The notes below the pieces were generated by a model that made no database searches, was not told the origin of the DNA, and saw only the letters and a program-made list of their open reading frames with translations. Position numbers and translations under genes: made by a program. From Selaginella moellendorffii (Eukaryota > Plantae > Lycopodiophyta): 64,000 nucleotides of DNA. Positions 60,668-64,000 of this stretch are shown here, one piece after another. The stretch covers positions 62,001 through 126,000 of the forward strand of contig NW_003314375.1 in the NCBI RefSeq assembly GCF_000143415.4. Reading direction: 5' to 3'. Position 1 is the first letter of the stretch. Each line of letters opens with the position of its first letter.

Positions 60668-63281
60668 TCACGAATGTGTCTTACCAAGCTCCTTAATGTC
60701 AGAGACGTTTGGAATTGGAAGCTTATACGTGTCAGGAAGCAGCAGATGGAGCCATGATTTCGCTTCCTCTGATTGCTTTCCAGCCTCCACCTCCGTATCC
60801 GGCACCGCAATTGAAAGTTCAGCTAGAAGTCTCTTCGTCTCAGCACCAAGGAAACGAAAGTTGCGTTCGAGACCATAAACTGTTATGTGCGCAACAGGCT
60901 CCGTTTTCTTGCCATAAGCTTCGTCACGCTGCAAGTAAGACTTATGCATCTCATCCTTCTTCCATAACTTTGGTGGCACTGGCTCTTTAAGGTTTGGTTC
61001 TTGGACATTGATGAGGACCGTCACCACTTTGATTTCGATTCCTGAGACTTGCATGAGCCTCGGCCTCAACACAGTCGTAGAAGCTTTGTTGAGCCACCCA
61101 CACTTTCTACTGTTCTCAACCGAAACGAGCAGCGCAGTCATCCCCAAGGAAGTCCAGACCGGAATAACAATGTCATAACCTCGGACTTTATTGTTGGCTT
61201 TGTACATGATTGCACAGCCTCTCATGAACGCAGCTGCCAGGATCTCGGGTGTCAACTGCCCCTGCTTAACCAGCATAAAACTGTTAAAAAAGACGGCAGC
61301 GGATTCATCCAGGCCGCTGCATGCCTCGTCAACCTGTGCCTCCTCCCAGCCCAGCAATCGTCCGATATAATCCCGGAGAGGAATGCGGCGTAGGTAGTAG
61401 TCACCCTTGTACAAGCTCCAACAAGCTTGCAGCAAGATGAGCTTCACTATGAATTCCCCCCGAGGTCCAGCATCCACATAGCCATTGTAGCAGCCGTTCA
61501 GGAACAGCCCTAGAGCAACTTCTAGAGGCTCCCCACTCTTGCGGTTGAGAATCCTAGCGGCCGCTTCACTCACAACGGGCTCCACGGGCTGACTGATATG
61601 CACTCTCGTACGATCGAGGGAGATGAACGTAAGGATACTCATGTGAGAAGCGACAAGAAGCTGGCTTTGGGCACTCCGCGGGCATATCTCCAGGCCTGCT
61701 GATGCTGAAAGCAAGGCCAACGCCTGGCTCTCAGCCATCTGTACCTTTCCGGTAGAACCACAAACGTCCACAGCTTGCCCCTGAAATTCCCCGTCCAGCA
61801 CCCCAACCAGCTTGGCTTCCGCAAGATCGAGGAGGCTCCACACGTTTGGATTGCTGTCAAGGCGGCTACTCCATAGGGGCCTTCCATACCTCAACAACTG
61901 CGCTGGAGACAAATCCGTAGTCCGAGGAACAAGGTCCATATTCACCACCTGATAAATAGGCCTTAAAAGCCGCAAACCCAGGATATTAGCTTTCCTCGAC
62001 TGGTCCTCGTGCCGTCGAGGCTGCAGATTACTGATACTCCACATCGTATCCATGACAACTGCAAAGTATTTCTTGTGTGTGAAGAAAGCTCTCGCCACTC
62101 GCCTCATCTGGTAAAACGGCGATTGTGCCATACCGAAGGTGCTTTCCCCATTCGGTAAGAGACCGCGACCTTCATCAAAAACAAAAAGCACCTGCACCTC
62201 CCCCTCTTCCGGCAGTACATCCTTCAAGTTGTCAAACTCTTGTTGGAGTAGTTTCTCGTTCCTGTCATCCGGTGACTCACTAATTTTCTCTACAGCTGTG
62301 CTGTTGATCAATTCAAGCCATTTCTTGTGCACGGCCTTCGCAATCCTGGACGAATCCATCTGTGAATCCATCCACTGCACTGAGCTCATCTTCGCACCCT
62401 TCGCCATCTCATGGAGGACAAAAAGCCACGCTTTGAAGTATAGCGCCATCTCCAACTCGCTGTTCGTTCGGCTGAGCTGGTTGGCAAGCTCCCCAGTTCG
62501 AGGAGGACAGGCGGTACTGTTTGCTGCCGCCGTGCTGCAATAGCAAATATACACTCCCAGGCGCGACATCTGCATCACCCCGCGTGTTTTCCCCGTGCCA
62601 GAACCCTGTACTATGGAGGTATAGCAGCTGTAGTGCTCGTCTACACAATAGCCAGTGCTATAAGCCACAATAACAGAAGAATTCAAGACTTACTCTTTGA
62701 GCATTCCTTCCTCAACTTACACAGCTCCTTGTACAATATCTTATGAGCCCCCCCAATGTAATCCCTCCGTAACGATTTCATCGCCACTTCCATATTACTC
62801 TCGTGCCACAAACGATCACGATCAGGCCCAGTGTTCTCTGCACAGGCACAAGCAAAAGAATACTCGAGCAGCAGACAAAAACACAGAACTTTCACCTATC
62901 GGCTTCTCCATGAGGAGCCTTTCACATTGACTCAGCCACTCGTACGAAACATACTCCAACCTCTCCTTTATCCACTGTAGCAGCTTGGGGTCTCGTGTTT
63001 CTTTCTTTGCCACTAGGTGGCTTATCGTGCTGGCGCGAGCCGTTACTGCACAGGAAATGCAAAAAGAACAGTAGCCTAAAGAAACAGCGAAAGAACTTAC
63101 AGTTGAACAGCTTATATATCCGGCATGCGAGATGAGGATTTCCTGGAAACAAGGGCAAAACCTCATCTACATCGGCCGTCCACAACCTGGAGGCCGAATA
63201 GCCTTGCCGCTGAAGGGGCTCATAGTCAGGCCCGCAAAGATCCCGCAAGCGCTCCTCGCCGTCATCGCAGACGCTCTCCAT
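60668..63281 (-). CDS. Crinkler/RHS-like header + NTPase + REase-like protein, copy 2
   Basis: Same 4-exon structure (63281-63101, 63045-62896, 62837-62694, 62640-60668) with an open frame; SVKN is changed to SVEN. Confidence 0.8.
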
Positions 63282-64000
63282 TAAACCCTAGAACTTACCC
63301 TCACACACCTTTTTCCCACCACCCAATCTTATGGGGTCTGTCAAAATATAGTAATTTCAATTTACTCGTTTCATCATTAAAATTTTCGTCACATCTAGTA
63401 TCAGCTTTCCTCTGAGTCCACATGGCCCTGCACAACATGAAACGCGATGTAAAGTTGAAGCCCAACCAAAAGAGTAAGAAGAAAGAAAGAGGAGTTACAT
63501 TTTGGTAAAAGGTCACAATATGTACTGCTCGAAGTAGACTATTGTTGCTGTGCTGTTTCAGCATTTTGCATTGCTCGCAGCCTCCGGCACTGGCATAAGT
63601 TGTGAATTGTACCACTTCTGCAATTGCCAAAGCAGTGAAGTATATACTTCTAAGTGGCTTTCTACATCTTGTGTTTTGCTTGGCATCTGGATCTCGAGTA
63701 ATGGGAATCACTGCAAGCGCCATTTAAGGATTCTGAAGCTTCTAATGTAGCAAGTATGTACAATAACAAAAACATCAGGTCAACATGCGGCAATGGCAGA
63801 AGAATGTTTTCTGATTTTGCATGACATTTCTTCATCCTTGGATTTTTTCCCCTATTAGTTTGCTGTTCTTCTTGTAATAGGACAAGCATTGTGAGGATTA
63901 GCAAAGCAAAACTTTCAATACTAGTAGCATTTAAATTCTTGCTGCTTCCTGGACTGTAGTAAAGATTGATTCTTATCTATCCAACAATTTATTCTAAGTG

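Overview
Eukaryotic nuclear DNA from a seed-free land plant. Very short introns, an intact BTA1 betaine-lipid synthase and the PPR/retroelement style suggest a lycophyte such as Selaginella (inference). The first ~7.4 kb is gene-dense: RopGAP 3' end, a TM+ARM-repeat gene and multi-exon BTA1. Beyond that lies a rearranged, repeat-rich zone. It holds an L20 ribosomal protein gene with an N-terminal extension and a Helitron 3' end right after its stop. Two intact 4-exon copies (~815 aa) and two shredded copies of a Crinkler/RHS-like gene (helical header + P-loop NTPase + restriction-endonuclease-like domain) are repeatedly joined to BTA1 fragments. Also present are 5S-bearing TRIM-like relics, a gypsy relic whose putative LTR is one long hairpin, two alpha-carbonic anhydrase pseudogenes, tRNA-Pro(AGG) and PPR debris. 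A young full-length Ty3/gypsy element (375-bp LTRs, AGACC TSD) carries an integrase-fused accessory domain and sits inside a homolog of that same ORF. A decayed tandem LTR element follows. There is a 920-N gap at 44796-45715. All assignments are by eye; no searches were run.
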